From IMG/VR virus record IMGVR_UViG_3300027581_000017, positions 1-38,684 of that record: a stretch of DNA of 38,684 bases, one strand, 5' to 3'. Source of the stretch: a virus. Its lineage: Duplodnaviria; Caudoviricetes. The notes beneath the pieces were generated by a model. It did no database searches and was not told where the DNA came from. It saw only the letters and a list, made by a program, of their open reading frames with translations. Of the stretch, positions 26,364-35,464 are shown piece by piece; the first letter of the stretch is position 1, and each line of letters begins with the position of its first letter. Position numbers and translations under genes: made by a program.

Positions 26364-26713
26364 TATTCCTTCTCCTTTATCCATTGTTTTAGATCTTGGA
26401 TTACCCAAGCGTTCTCTATACCTGAGTTGCGGCGCTTAACTATCACATAGTGCAGCGGTACTTCCCCTTTACCGCGAGCCTTAGCGTAATTAAGCGCCTC
26501 AACTTCAGCTTCCCGCCAGAACTCAGGCAGTGCTAGCGCTGCCCTATTCTTTAGTTCAAGGATGAATGTTTCTCCCGCTATTACAGCGACAATATCACCC
26601 TCGTCTTTCGCCCCAGCCTTTGACAGACGTTCGGCGCTTACGCCTTTATCGCGTAACCATTTCATAACATCTGTCTCAAACTTGGAACCCTTAGTCTTGT
26701 TGTACTGACTCAT
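26363..26713 (-). CDS. Holliday junction resolvase (Hjc-like PD-(D/E)XK)
   Basis: KGSKFE.DV...ERL...G..D.GDI...ELKN. Confidence 0.85.
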   Translation of the reverse strand: MSQYNKTKGSKFETDVMKWLRDKGVSAERLSKAGAKDEGDIVAVIAGETFILELKNRAALALPEFWREAEVEALNYAKARGKGEVPLHYVIVKRRNSGIENAWVIQDLKQWIKEKE

Positions 26714-26921
26714 CTACCAGTACAGCTTTGTTGATCTTGTAGATAATGTTTCCTTCTTCATCTTTAACTAACTCGACAATGCCGGATTGTAATAAGGCAC
26801 CAACGAAGTTAGTTAGGTCTACCTTGAGTGCGTCAACTTCTTCACGCAAAGCATTACTAACATCACGCAGTGCGTCAATCCTCAAGTTGTCTCGGTATTT
26901 ATTTACTAACGGTTCAGACAT
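26691..26921 (-). CDS. Hypothetical coiled-coil protein
   Basis: 76 aa, overlapping neighbours in the operon. Confidence 0.65.
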   Translation of the reverse strand: MSEPLVNKYRDNLRIDALRDVSNALREEVDALKVDLTNFVGALLQSGIVELVKDEEGNIIYKINKAVLVDESVQQD

Positions 26922-27762
26922 TGTAACTCCCTTGGTATCCAGCCATATGATCTCGTCTTAACATCCTACCAAATTGGTCTTCATCACTAATCTGGCACGC
27001 TGCATAGTTTACTAGAAGCTGTGCGTATTTTGACGCATCAGCTGTGTGTGGTCCAAAGCGATTCTTCACAGCAGCCACCTTCAGTGTTGCCTGTCCTGGA
27101 TCGTAACCTAAAGTCAAAATCAGACTAGGCAATTGACTCACTTTCCCGTGAATTGCCCGACGGTGTGGTGGATTGGTTGGACTTCCATACTCGCTCTGTT
27201 CCGATACGTGGTGCAGTACCAGTACGCACGCTTCTGTCTTGCGTGCCATATCGTGCAACTCCATCATAATCGCACGTAGTCCTGCCCATTCATTGTCAGT
27301 CTCTGCTGTTACGTTCATTAGGTTATCTATTACGATCAGCTCCGGAGCCTGCCCATATAGTTCAACGTATGCCCGTATCTCTAACTCAAGATCATCAATA
27401 GATGGTGATGAATCAAAGACCCACTTGATGTGGCCTAACTTCTCAAAGCGAGAATCGTAATAGTGACTATCGTTTGCTAAGTTATTTTCTACAGAGATCT
27501 GTGAGTGACCGCTGACGTGGGCTGCTGCCCTCATCATCACGGTTGTTGTGTCGGTATCTGCTGAAAAGAACAGCGTAGGCACGCCTGCTTTGATTGCGTA
27601 AACCAATGCGAACATTGACTTACCAGCATTAGGTGCTGCTGCAATCATACATACTTGCCCACGCCGAAACTTAATCTCTTTGGCAGTTAAGCCAACCCAT
27701 ACATCAGGTAGCGGTGTTGCTCTAGTGAGCACGCCACCCCAAGCACGGGAAAGATCAAGCAA
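26914..27762 (-). CDS. DnaB-like (SF4) replicative helicase, ATPase domain only
   Basis: AAAPNAGKS, LIVIDNL, VLHH, VKNRFGP. Confidence 0.9.
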   Translation of the reverse strand: MLDLSRAWGGVLTRATPLPDVWVGLTAKEIKFRRGQVCMIAAAPNAGKSMFALVYAIKAGVPTLFFSADTDTTTVMMRAAAHVSGHSQISVENNLANDSHYYDSRFEKLGHIKWVFDSSPSIDDLELEIRAYVELYGQAPELIVIDNLMNVTAETDNEWAGLRAIMMELHDMARKTEACVLVLHHVSEQSEYGSPTNPPHRRAIHGKVSQLPSLILTLGYDPGQATLKVAAVKNRFGPHTADASKYAQLLVNYAACQISDEDQFGRMLRRDHMAGYQGSYNV

Positions 27763-28012
27763 TGTTTTTCCTTTCCATTTCTTTTATACGAGCAATTAAG
27801 ATTCGATCTTTATTAGTTAGCCCACCCCAAATACCGTGAACTTCATTAGCGATGCCCCATTCGGCGCACTCGCTTTTATGTGGACACGTATTGCAAATAG
27901 ACTTTGCAAATGTTACATCCGCAAAACTTCCTACTTCCTTTATATCTGGAAACCAGAAGTCACCACCTATCTGAGCACAACTGGGAGCTTCATAATCTTT
28001 TGGCCCCCGCAC
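27755..28012 (-). CDS. whiB: WhiB-family Fe-S transcription regulator
   Basis: C...WFP...AKSICNTCP...C...GIWGGLT..R. Confidence 0.93.
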   Translation of the reverse strand: MRGPKDYEAPSCAQIGGDFWFPDIKEVGSFADVTFAKSICNTCPHKSECAEWGIANEVHGIWGGLTNKDRILIARIKEMERKNIA

Positions 28013-28015
28013 TGG

Positions 28016-28402
28016 CTATCTAACCCAGATAGTGTCGCACTTATCTGGAGCACCCTTTGGTGTTGAACACATCCAACCCGACCAAGGCCCCTTAGCTGAT
28101 ACCCCACTCTTAAACATCATAGGGCCGTGCTGACAAGAATTACCAACTGCAGGTGGCGCAGCCACCGGTGCTACTGGAGTCTCCTTGAACTGTGTTGCAA
28201 TAGCAGATACTGCAGGTGAAACAGCAGCTCGTGCTACTGATCCTTGTGATAGTTCTCTACCAGTAGTAATAATGTTCAGTGCGTTCATTGCAATATCTGC
28301 AAGTCCTGCTTCTAGTTCACGCACATCTGCTGCGTAAAGATTGATAAGTGTTCCATCAGCCAACTTGTAGTTGACTTGGAACTTAGTTCCTTCTGTAGCC
28401 AT
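28016..28402 (-). CDS. Conserved actinophage replication-region protein with C-terminal Cys/His motif
   Basis: CQHGPM.FKSG...GPW.GW.C...C. Confidence 0.65.
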   Translation of the reverse strand: MATEGTKFQVNYKLADGTLINLYAADVRELEAGLADIAMNALNIITTGRELSQGSVARAAVSPAVSAIATQFKETPVAPVAAPPAVGNSCQHGPMMFKSGVSAKGPWSGWMCSTPKGAPDKCDTIWVR

Positions 28403-29353
28403 TTAGTTACCTCCAACTTGCTTAACAGATAGGCGCTGACTCTCAGCGCTTACCTTCTTAGGGATGAACCCTAATAGTTTTTCTACCTCGCTACTATCAA
28501 CAGTCTCACGACCTTTAATAGTTGACCAACTTACTTCGATACCACTTTGGGTAGTACCTAGTAAACCTACAAAGGATTCTTTCAGAGATTCTTGTTGCTT
28601 CTCCATATCCTTTATTGCTTGCCCCAACTGTAAGTACAGCAGTGCGTTCTTGTCTACTTCCGCATCATCAATGATTACATCACTAACTGCGGTACGTTCT
28701 TTTTTTAGACCATCGCATCCCATCTCACCCGATGCGTCATAGAACTGGCAGTAATGCTGACAGTAACTAGCATCCTTTTCCGGTGCTGGGATTTCCTTTG
28801 ACTCCTTAACAGTTGCGAGCCAACCGAGTGCAGTTAGCGCTATAGATTCATCGTATGGTTCTGTGTGAACCTTGACGTCTCTTTCATCACCGTCCCGAGC
28901 AATTGCTACTAGCGACACTCGGTTGACTACGTAACCGTTTTTGGATAGGAGGTATCCATATAGCTGCACCTGCCAGCGTTGCTGTGTTGACGGGAAGTAA
29001 CCCAAGTTCTTCAATTTAGAAGTCTTCCAGTCAATCACATCGCCAGTGCTTGGTACATATAAATCTATGTGGGCTTTCATCCCATCGTATTCAACTTCAG
29101 CTTCAATCATTAACTTATCGTTACCGGCAAGTGCCTTCTCAATTTCAGTATGTATCGCAGTACCCATAATGGCTGCGAGTTTTAATTGGTTATCATTTGT
29201 TTCTGGTTGTTCATTCAATCGGTACCAGACCCTACGACGGCAACCACCAACCTCTGATGGTCCTATCTCTACCTGTGTTGAACGAGACTTCTTGGCATCA
29301 GAAGCACGTAGTGCTGTTAGTAGTAGTTCCTTTGGATCAGTAAATTCGCTCAA
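28403..29353 (-). CDS. Cas4/RecB-like PD-(D/E)XK exonuclease
   Basis: GPSE...C.R, GTAIH, HIDLY, IDWKT, Q...YG, C..YC.F...C. Confidence 0.88.
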   Translation of the reverse strand: MSEFTDPKELLLTALRASDAKKSRSTQVEIGPSEVGGCRRRVWYRLNEQPETNDNQLKLAAIMGTAIHTEIEKALAGNDKLMIEAEVEYDGMKAHIDLYVPSTGDVIDWKTSKLKNLGYFPSTQQRWQVQLYGYLLSKNGYVVNRVSLVAIARDGDERDVKVHTEPYDESIALTALGWLATVKESKEIPAPEKDASYCQHYCQFYDASGEMGCDGLKKERTAVSDVIIDDAEVDKNALLYLQLGQAIKDMEKQQESLKESFVGLLGTTQSGIEVSWSTIKGRETVDSSEVEKLLGFIPKKVSAESQRLSVKQVGGN

Positions 29354-29501
29354 TTGGTTTACCCCTTACTACGTTTGCTGCTTGGAATAAACCCTTACAA
29401 TAGTCGCACTCGTGGCATCCATCAATACAAGTATACGCTTCAATATCTTGAGCAATTGATTCGCGTAACTCTGCAAACTGTATTTCAATTGTCTTTTCCA
29501 T
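29337..29501 (-). CDS. Small Cys-rich protein (54 aa)
   Basis: MEKTIEIQFAELRESIAQDIEAYTCIDGCHECDYC; GGAGG RBS. Confidence 0.6.
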   Translation of the reverse strand: MEKTIEIQFAELRESIAQDIEAYTCIDGCHECDYCKGLFQAANVVRGKPIERIY

Positions 29502-29510
29502 CGCTACCTC

Positions 29511-30068
29511 CTATAGCTTTTCTTGTACCACCAACTGTAAAGGCTTACCAGTATTAGAGTCAAGAACCGAAGCTATCTCAACAGCACGTCGGGCGTGTCG
29601 CTTAATGTAATCTAAGTCCATAATAGGTTTGCGGATTGAATACAAGTAGCCAAGAGCAAGCTGCCCACCACTACCAATACCATAAGTTCCGTGATCTGTT
29701 TGGAAAAAAGAGAGATCACAAGCAACACGAAAGATACTGCCGTTAAAAGCAAAGAGATAATCAAAGCCACCATCTTTATCCACCTTATTCCACTCGTAGT
29801 TGTTGTCATTAAACGCTGAGATGATACTAGGTATCACCTTGGCGCCCATATAAGTTACTGGATTCTCACCGCGATATGCCGGTGGTTTCCAATTGTAGGT
29901 TAGTATATCTCCTGGGCGTATATCGCCGGAAATGCCTATTAGAAACTTCCCCACCTCGACGATCTTGGGTGTACTAGTCGAGTTACTTATTAGGTTATCT
30001 TCTGTGATCTGCGAGTCAGCGCAGAGCACGGCGTAATAGTCCGTCTGGATAGCTGAGATCGTAGTCAT
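29511..30068 (-). CDS. Proteasome-beta/HslV-like Ntn-hydrolase peptidase
   Basis: N-terminal MTT, ADSQ, KI, GISG, IGSGG..ALG, D..TG. Confidence 0.8.
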   Translation of the reverse strand: MTTISAIQTDYYAVLCADSQITEDNLISNSTSTPKIVEVGKFLIGISGDIRPGDILTYNWKPPAYRGENPVTYMGAKVIPSIISAFNDNNYEWNKVDKDGGFDYLFAFNGSIFRVACDLSFFQTDHGTYGIGSGGQLALGYLYSIRKPIMDLDYIKRHARRAVEIASVLDSNTGKPLQLVVQEKL

Positions 30069-30137
30069 AAAAGAATCTTACTAGAGTATCGGCGTGTCTT
30101 ACCAGAGACACGCTACTGGATTGCTACAATATGAGCC
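30069..30137. promoter_or_regulatory. Symmetric divergent promoter pair GACAC-N13-TAnnAT
   Basis: Plus: GACAC 30107-30111, TG.TACAAT 30125-30130. Minus: GACAC 30098-30094, TAAGAT 30080-30075. Confidence 0.65.
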
Positions 30138-30431
30138 GTGAGGCGAATTAAACAGGGTGAGCGCCCCCTTGAGGGGCGCGATAGGGGTACTGTACGGCTA
30201 CTGCGCTGGCTCCGTCTACCAACCCTGTCAAGAAACAAAGACACCTTACCACCGATATTTGGTAGCGACCTTCGGGAGCTGGGACCAGTACACGTCTGTC
30301 CTTGTGGCTCCCAAGTCTTTAGCGTTATGTGTGCCTTTGAAGACCACGAGATTGTCTGGTATTTCCTTGACGCTGTTTGCGTTAGCTGTGGCAACTTAGT
30401 TACTGTGCCTTGCCCAGTAGACGCAGAATAA
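30138..30431 (+). CDS. Zinc-ribbon protein
   Basis: VCPCGS...CVSCG; lone plus-strand gene; start uncertain. Confidence 0.7.
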   Translation: MRRIKQGERPLEGRDRGTVRLLRWLRLPTLSRNKDTLPPIFGSDLRELGPVHVCPCGSQVFSVMCAFEDHEIVWYFLDAVCVSCGNLVTVPCPVDAE

Positions 30432-30439
30432 AACGGCAT

Positions 30440-30480
30440 AAAAAAAGAACCCCCCACCCCGTAGGGTGGAGGGCCTTTTG
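30440..30480. terminator. Bidirectional intrinsic terminator
   Basis: A-tract, CCCCCACCC-CGTA-GGGTGGAGGG stem, CTTTT; between converging genes. Confidence 0.8.
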
Positions 30481-30497
30481 CCTCGCGTTGCTATGGG

Positions 30498-30689
30498 TTA
30501 CTTAGACCCACGACCAAACTCTGTGGCATTTGGATCCAATGCTTTTAGTAGTGGACCTGCAATAGCAGCAATACCTGCTGTTGCTAGAGCTTTAGGGTCT
30601 GTCACACCCGCAAGGTACAGGGCGATTATTGATGCAACTCCGGCACGTAGGTACGTGGCAGCCATTGCTTTTAACTTGTTCTTATCCAT
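30498..30689 (-). CDS. Holin
   Basis: 63 aa, two hydrophobic helices, follows endolysin. Confidence 0.75.
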   Translation of the reverse strand: MDKNKLKAMAATYLRAGVASIIALYLAGVTDPKALATAGIAAIAGPLLKALDPNATEFGRGSK

Positions 30690-31174
30690 TAGTTCTCCTT
30701 TGGACTTGTTGGTTCTTTCTTCTTAGGTAAAGGTTTAGGAACCTTAGCCTTTACCTTAGAAATCACCGATGGCTTCCCTAACCAGGGAAACCAAGGTGAA
30801 GTATCGTTACCGTACTTATCGTTAATAGAAATATGTAAGTGCTTGTTATGTTTATTGGAACCTGTGTATTCACGATCCCCTTCATCAGCTCGATCCTTAG
30901 ACCAGATCTTGCCTTGGAAGATCAAGTACTTAACGCGTTTGTCTGCCTTTAGTTGCTGAAATAAATTAGCGCAATCAATACCAGCCAACTTATCGTGGGT
31001 TAGATCTACCGCGTATCCAGTATTGTGATCGCTGTTGGGACTAGCAGATATGTGTGCCTTGCTTGGTAGCAGTCCGTCGCTAGCTTTCTTGCGCTTCGGA
31101 CGAAGTGCGCTCGCTTGTCGCAGGACAGCAATAGCGGCAGGTGTGGCTCGTTTGGCAATCATCGCAGGTGTCAC
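30689..31174 (-). CDS. Endolysin (zinc peptidase, M15-like)
   Basis: SDG...H...SDHNTG.AVD...HNKHLHIS; basic C-terminal tail. Confidence 0.8.
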   Translation of the reverse strand: MTPAMIAKRATPAAIAVLRQASALRPKRKKASDGLLPSKAHISASPNSDHNTGYAVDLTHDKLAGIDCANLFQQLKADKRVKYLIFQGKIWSKDRADEGDREYTGSNKHNKHLHISINDKYGNDTSPWFPWLGKPSVISKVKAKVPKPLPKKKEPTSPKEN

Positions 31175-31369
31175 TCATTTCTCAGACATCAATTTGAATA
31201 GATCATCTACTCTATTTTCAAGCCTATCAATGGCATCTCGTAGTGATGTGCCACCGTTTTTATGAAGCTCTGATAGGTAGTGCTTTACCATCCAACGGAT
31301 AGAGGTAGCAAAAGCACCAATGATTGTTATTAATGCAACAGCTACTGTTGCGTAGTCTTGTGCTTGCAT
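31175..31369 (-). CDS. Membrane-anchored lysis-module protein
   Basis: N-terminal TM segment, NGGTSLRD.IDRLE coiled coil. Confidence 0.7.
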   Translation of the reverse strand: MQAQDYATVAVALITIIGAFATSIRWMVKHYLSELHKNGGTSLRDAIDRLENRVDDLFKLMSEK

Positions 31370-33276
31370 TATACCGTCCGAATCGTTACTAGTAATGTGC
31401 CACCAAAGCCAGAGAATCTTTTGTCCTCTGGTGTTTTGTTTATGAAATCTAGTTCTTCAATCAAGCCAAGGTAGGACTCATTAGTTCTAAAGTCTTGAAT
31501 ACGAACAGTGTCACCAATGTTTTCAATTGCTTCTAGCTGTGACATACGGAAGTAAGAAGATCCTTCGTAGCCAACTTCGTTACCAAACTTATCGCTTTCG
31601 TGGTCATAGCAGAATAAGGGATACTGGATAAGGCGCTGGCGTGGTACTGCCGGCAGTGACTTGAGTTGGTATCCAGTAAACAGTGGCCCTTTAAGGACAT
31701 CTGTAGATGAACGAGTAAAGTTAAATTGGAAGCCAAGATATTCCTGTGAGGTAGCAGGGTAACTTACGTTGATTTCTGTAACAGTTGCGTTCTGTGAGAA
31801 GGAACCGATAAGTACAAAGTTATCAAAGGAATCAATTGATTGGATACTGATGGCACCATTGGTGGTATCTACGCGAGCTTGAAGTAACTTAAAGATCTTA
31901 GTCTCTAGGGTGTTGTAACGGATGTAACCGGTACGCAAGTATCCAGTTGCTACTAGGCTAGTAGTTGATTCAGCCCAAGTATTATTACCATTAGTAAAAG
32001 CTGCCCTGTCTGAGTTGCCAAAGAAGGCAACCTGACTTGCGGTAGTGGTAGTTCCAGAAGCAATAAGATCCCAAGCCCAAGGGAAGAATAGAGTGCCTGG
32101 AATAACTGTTGCTGATAGATCTACACGGACTAGTCCTGCAGCCCCATCTACAAGGGTTGCAATGTAGGCAAAGCGATCACGGAAGGCTATCGAGTTACAA
32201 GATGCGTCACTAAAGAGCAATGGCCCATACTGGATATCTCCATTGGTATCTGATACACCCACTCTAAATCCTAGATTGGTAGCAAGGACTGCGTAGAGTC
32301 CAAGGTATACATCAAAGTCATTGATGCGTTCACCTTGTGGCATATCAATAACAACAGTAGGTGGTAAAAGTTCTGGGAAACCTAAAGTGGTAGTATTTGC
32401 TGTATCTAAACCAATCTTAAAGACTGAAGATGATGTTCCATTAGGATCATAACCTGAGATGTAGATAGCCTGCGGTCCTTCAGAGATACTAGACCAGACC
32501 CACGATGAGTTAGGGTGGGTAAATAAAGCAGCAGGCAAGGCACCGGATGAGTTATTGGGATCTAGTTCATAGATGGCGCTACCGATGGCAGCGATAAGGC
32601 GCTGCTTAACATAGCGAATAGTGGCACGAGTTGTACTAGTAGCGTTATAGATTTCAGTATCGCTAGTAGTTCCAGCAAGGTTACCTCGGTGGACGTGTGA
32701 GCCATTGATAAAGAAGTACTGCTTACCATTAGTTGTAAGGCTAAAGATTGTAGATGCTGTGCCAGCCTGTGTGTAGGTACTTGATACAGCAGCGCTAGTA
32801 ATCTTCTTTAAGGCAGTGCCATCTGTTACTAGGATGCAATCGTCAGTGCCATCATTGACACCGATTAGTTGAGCAGCAGCAGCACCAGCATAGAAGCTGG
32901 CTGTGTCATTGAGCAGGGTTGCCTGTCCTCTAGTCCATACATCTAAGCCCTTAGACTCTGTGTACTGGAAGCGTAGCGACTCCTCCTGCTGTGGTTCAAA
33001 GTATTTAATACCAGCGCCATAGTGGAAAGATGACTGAGATCGAACCCACCAACCGGTAAGTGTCTGCTCTCCGGCTTCTCTGGTCTGGTCAATTTGTTGC
33101 TTGCGATACTGAGCAGTAACACGGCGATAAGGCATCTCATCTGAGTTAGCAAGAAAGAATGGCAAAGCGCCAATTGCTATTTCATAAGCAGGGCCAGTAG
33201 GTGTGTAAGTTGTAGATCCTACAGGGTTGGAAAGTACGTAGGGTAAACCCTCGGTGATGTCATCGCCGTATGGCAT
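31369..33276 (-). CDS. Tail nozzle/tubular-B-like protein (probable beta-propeller)
   Basis: 635 aa, beta-rich, end of tail module. Confidence 0.65.
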   Translation of the reverse strand: MPYGDDITEGLPYVLSNPVGSTTYTPTGPAYEIAIGALPFFLANSDEMPYRRVTAQYRKQQIDQTREAGEQTLTGWWVRSQSSFHYGAGIKYFEPQQEESLRFQYTESKGLDVWTRGQATLLNDTASFYAGAAAAQLIGVNDGTDDCILVTDGTALKKITSAAVSSTYTQAGTASTIFSLTTNGKQYFFINGSHVHRGNLAGTTSDTEIYNATSTTRATIRYVKQRLIAAIGSAIYELDPNNSSGALPAALFTHPNSSWVWSSISEGPQAIYISGYDPNGTSSSVFKIGLDTANTTTLGFPELLPPTVVIDMPQGERINDFDVYLGLYAVLATNLGFRVGVSDTNGDIQYGPLLFSDASCNSIAFRDRFAYIATLVDGAAGLVRVDLSATVIPGTLFFPWAWDLIASGTTTTASQVAFFGNSDRAAFTNGNNTWAESTTSLVATGYLRTGYIRYNTLETKIFKLLQARVDTTNGAISIQSIDSFDNFVLIGSFSQNATVTEINVSYPATSQEYLGFQFNFTRSSTDVLKGPLFTGYQLKSLPAVPRQRLIQYPLFCYDHESDKFGNEVGYEGSSYFRMSQLEAIENIGDTVRIQDFRTNESYLGLIEELDFINKTPEDKRFSGFGGTLLVTIRTV

Positions 33277-33279
33277 TAC

Positions 33280-33507
33280 TTACTCCTCTAGTTCAGGTGC
33301 TACGAATACATCATTAACTGAATCATAGGTATCACCGATATCAGCAAATTTACCTCTAAAATTGTTATTGTAACTTGTCTGAATCCAAGTACCACCAAGC
33401 CCAAGAGTATTGGATAAGAAGTTAGCGCCTTCTTCTTCTAGTGAATTGTCTACAACTAGAACGCGAAGCACTAAATTATTATTATCAATTTCTGCAAAAT
33501 GTGCCAT
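33280..33507 (-). CDS. Small tail-fiber-associated protein
   Basis: MAHFAEID...WIQTSYNNNFRGKFA.IG..YD...D.F; start 33507 by TAATG coupling. Confidence 0.75.
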   Translation of the reverse strand: MAHFAEIDNNNLVLRVLVVDNSLEEEGANFLSNTLGLGGTWIQTSYNNNFRGKFADIGDTYDSVNDVFVAPELEE

Positions 33508-34598
33508 TACCAAACCACCGATCCTGAACCAGTCCAAGTGTAAATTTTGTACCCACCTGAGTTTGAAAAACTAGGTGATCCAGTTGTTGACACAGCATCA
33601 GCAAAAGTATTTGAATAACGAATATAACAAACACCTGAACCACCGCCACCTGAAGGAGGAGGTGCGCCAGAACCACCACCTGTATTAGCAGTACCAGCAG
33701 TTCCGTAATAACCAGACTGGGCATATCTGCCACCTGCGCCACCACCGCCGGAGCCTGCTGCTCCGCCAGCACCAACAGTTCCTACGTCGGATGATCCGCC
33801 ACCGCCACCACCGAATGTTCCAGCCCAAGTGCTTTTGCCTGCGCCACCATTGCCGCCGTTACGATTAGCACTAGGAGCATCACCACCAACAGCACCAGCT
33901 CCACCGCCACCGCCGCTTTGTCCTGCAAATCCACCAGTTCCACCAGCACCGCCAGCAAAGCCTTGTCCTGAAGTTCCAGCTCCGCCTGGACGTCCATCAC
34001 GTCCACCGCCACCAGAGCCACCAGCTACTGCGTCTACAGTGTTGTAACCACCAAGGCCACCTTCATTAACTGAAGTAATACCACTGATAGACGAAACGTT
34101 TCCGCTTGCATTAACTCCACCGGCACCAATTGTTATGGTGTAAGTAACTCCAGTGCTAATAGATGAAGTTGAATCAAGTACACCGCCACCGCCACCACCG
34201 CCTGCGCCATTGGTAGAAGTCCATAAAGCACCGGCACCACCAGCAACAAGAACATAATCAATGCTTGATGGAGCTGTTATAGGGTAAGGAGTAACTGAGT
34301 TAGAAGCAGATGAAGAAGCACCTGTTCCTGCTGCGCTAACCGCTGCAATCTGAATTGTGTAAGCAGTATTAGAAGCAAAAGAACCAGTTGCAGTTAATGG
34401 AGATGTAGTTCCAGAAACGCTTAGGCTAATTGAAGGTGAAGATGTAGCAACATAAGAAGTAATAGGTAAGCTACTACTACCTGCTGTAAAGGGAATTGAA
34501 ACAGTTGTTGAATTTGTAACTGTAACTGTTCCAATAGTAGGAGCACTAGGAACTAAATTGTTTGACTTAGTAGAAGCAAGAACTCCTAAAATTGGCAT
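33507..34598 (-). CDS. Glycine-rich tail protein with N-terminal FN3-like domain
   Basis: PSAPTIG...FT...ITSY...YTIQIAA...SSASNSV; LVAGGAG...GGGGG; GGSGVCYIRY. Confidence 0.8.
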   Translation of the reverse strand: MPILGVLASTKSNNLVPSAPTIGTVTVTNSTTVSIPFTAGSSSLPITSYVATSSPSISLSVSGTTSPLTATGSFASNTAYTIQIAAVSAAGTGASSSASNSVTPYPITAPSSIDYVLVAGGAGALWTSTNGAGGGGGGGVLDSTSSISTGVTYTITIGAGGVNASGNVSSISGITSVNEGGLGGYNTVDAVAGGSGGGGRDGRPGGAGTSGQGFAGGAGGTGGFAGQSGGGGGAGAVGGDAPSANRNGGNGGAGKSTWAGTFGGGGGGSSDVGTVGAGGAAGSGGGGAGGRYAQSGYYGTAGTANTGGGSGAPPPSGGGGSGVCYIRYSNTFADAVSTTGSPSFSNSGGYKIYTWTGSGSVVW

Positions 34599-35455
34599 TA
34601 GGAAATATCTCCTGTCACCAACCAAGTATCGGTTGCGATCTTGATACAGGTCGCAACTGAGTTGACTACTCGAAGTTTAGGTGCTGTTGAAGTAGCACCA
34701 GTTGAAAGAATTGTTGTTGTGCCTGGAGTAACTGCGTTTATTGTTGGTTGACCAGCACCGGTAATCCACGCTACGTTGATCTGTGAACCTACTGGGAAAG
34801 CAACAGATGCGTTGGTTGGGATAGATAGTGTCTGAGCTGAGGCATTATTAGAAGTTACTAATTTGCCATTGTCGGTTAAGACAAAGGTATAAGTTGTAGA
34901 TGTATTAGCATTAAGTGTTAGGTTTAACTTTGGGTCATTTAACACTGGCGAAGTTAAAGTCTTATTGGTAAGAGTATCTGTAGTTGCTTTACCCACCAAG
35001 GTATCGTTGGTTGTAGCTGGTAGCGTCAAGGTATTAGTACCAGCAACAGCAGTTGCCTGCACTGTGGTAGTTCCAGAAGTAGATCCGCTAAAGGCAAAGG
35101 ATGCTACAGGCGAGGCGTTGTTACGGAAGAATATAAGGTCATCACTTGTCAGTACGTGCTTGATTGATGCGCCTGAAGTATGGGCAATACCAGAGACAGC
35201 TGGGGTACCAGTGCCAGCCTGACCTCGGCTGATAGTTAGTGTGTCACCAGATACTTGCGTTACATAAACAATTTCTTCATTGACTGTATCTGGATCTATT
35301 GCGACAGTAAAGATGTCAACATTGCCACCGGCTAGTGTTACACCACCCATAAGGGCTGTACCAGTACCAGTTGCTACCGTTAGACTGGTAACAGTAGTGT
35401 TAATAGAGCTAGCAAGTGTTGTTGCATTACTAGTGGACGAGTATTGTCTAGTCAT
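34598..35455 (-). CDS. Tail fiber protein
   Basis: EEIV.VT......LTISRG; TDTLTNKTLTSP; TYT.VL.D.GK...W.V.GD. Confidence 0.8.
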   Translation of the reverse strand: MTRQYSSTSNATTLASSINTTVTSLTVATGTGTALMGGVTLAGGNVDIFTVAIDPDTVNEEIVYVTQVSGDTLTISRGQAGTGTPAVSGIAHTSGASIKHVLTSDDLIFFRNNASPVASFAFSGSTSGTTTVQATAVAGTNTLTLPATTNDTLVGKATTDTLTNKTLTSPVLNDPKLNLTLNANTSTTYTFVLTDNGKLVTSNNASAQTLSIPTNASVAFPVGSQINVAWITGAGQPTINAVTPGTTTILSTGATSTAPKLRVVNSVATCIKIATDTWLVTGDIS

Positions 35456-35464
35456 TTATTTGCC

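Noticed and set aside
28403-29353. Cas4-like gene as sign of a CRISPR system
   Set aside because: No repeat-spacer array or other cas genes; solo Cas4-like nucleases are common in phage replication modules
33485-34047. Alternative ORFs in the glycine-rich tail gene (likewise 37748..38222)
   Set aside because: Shadows of GGN-rich coding sequence
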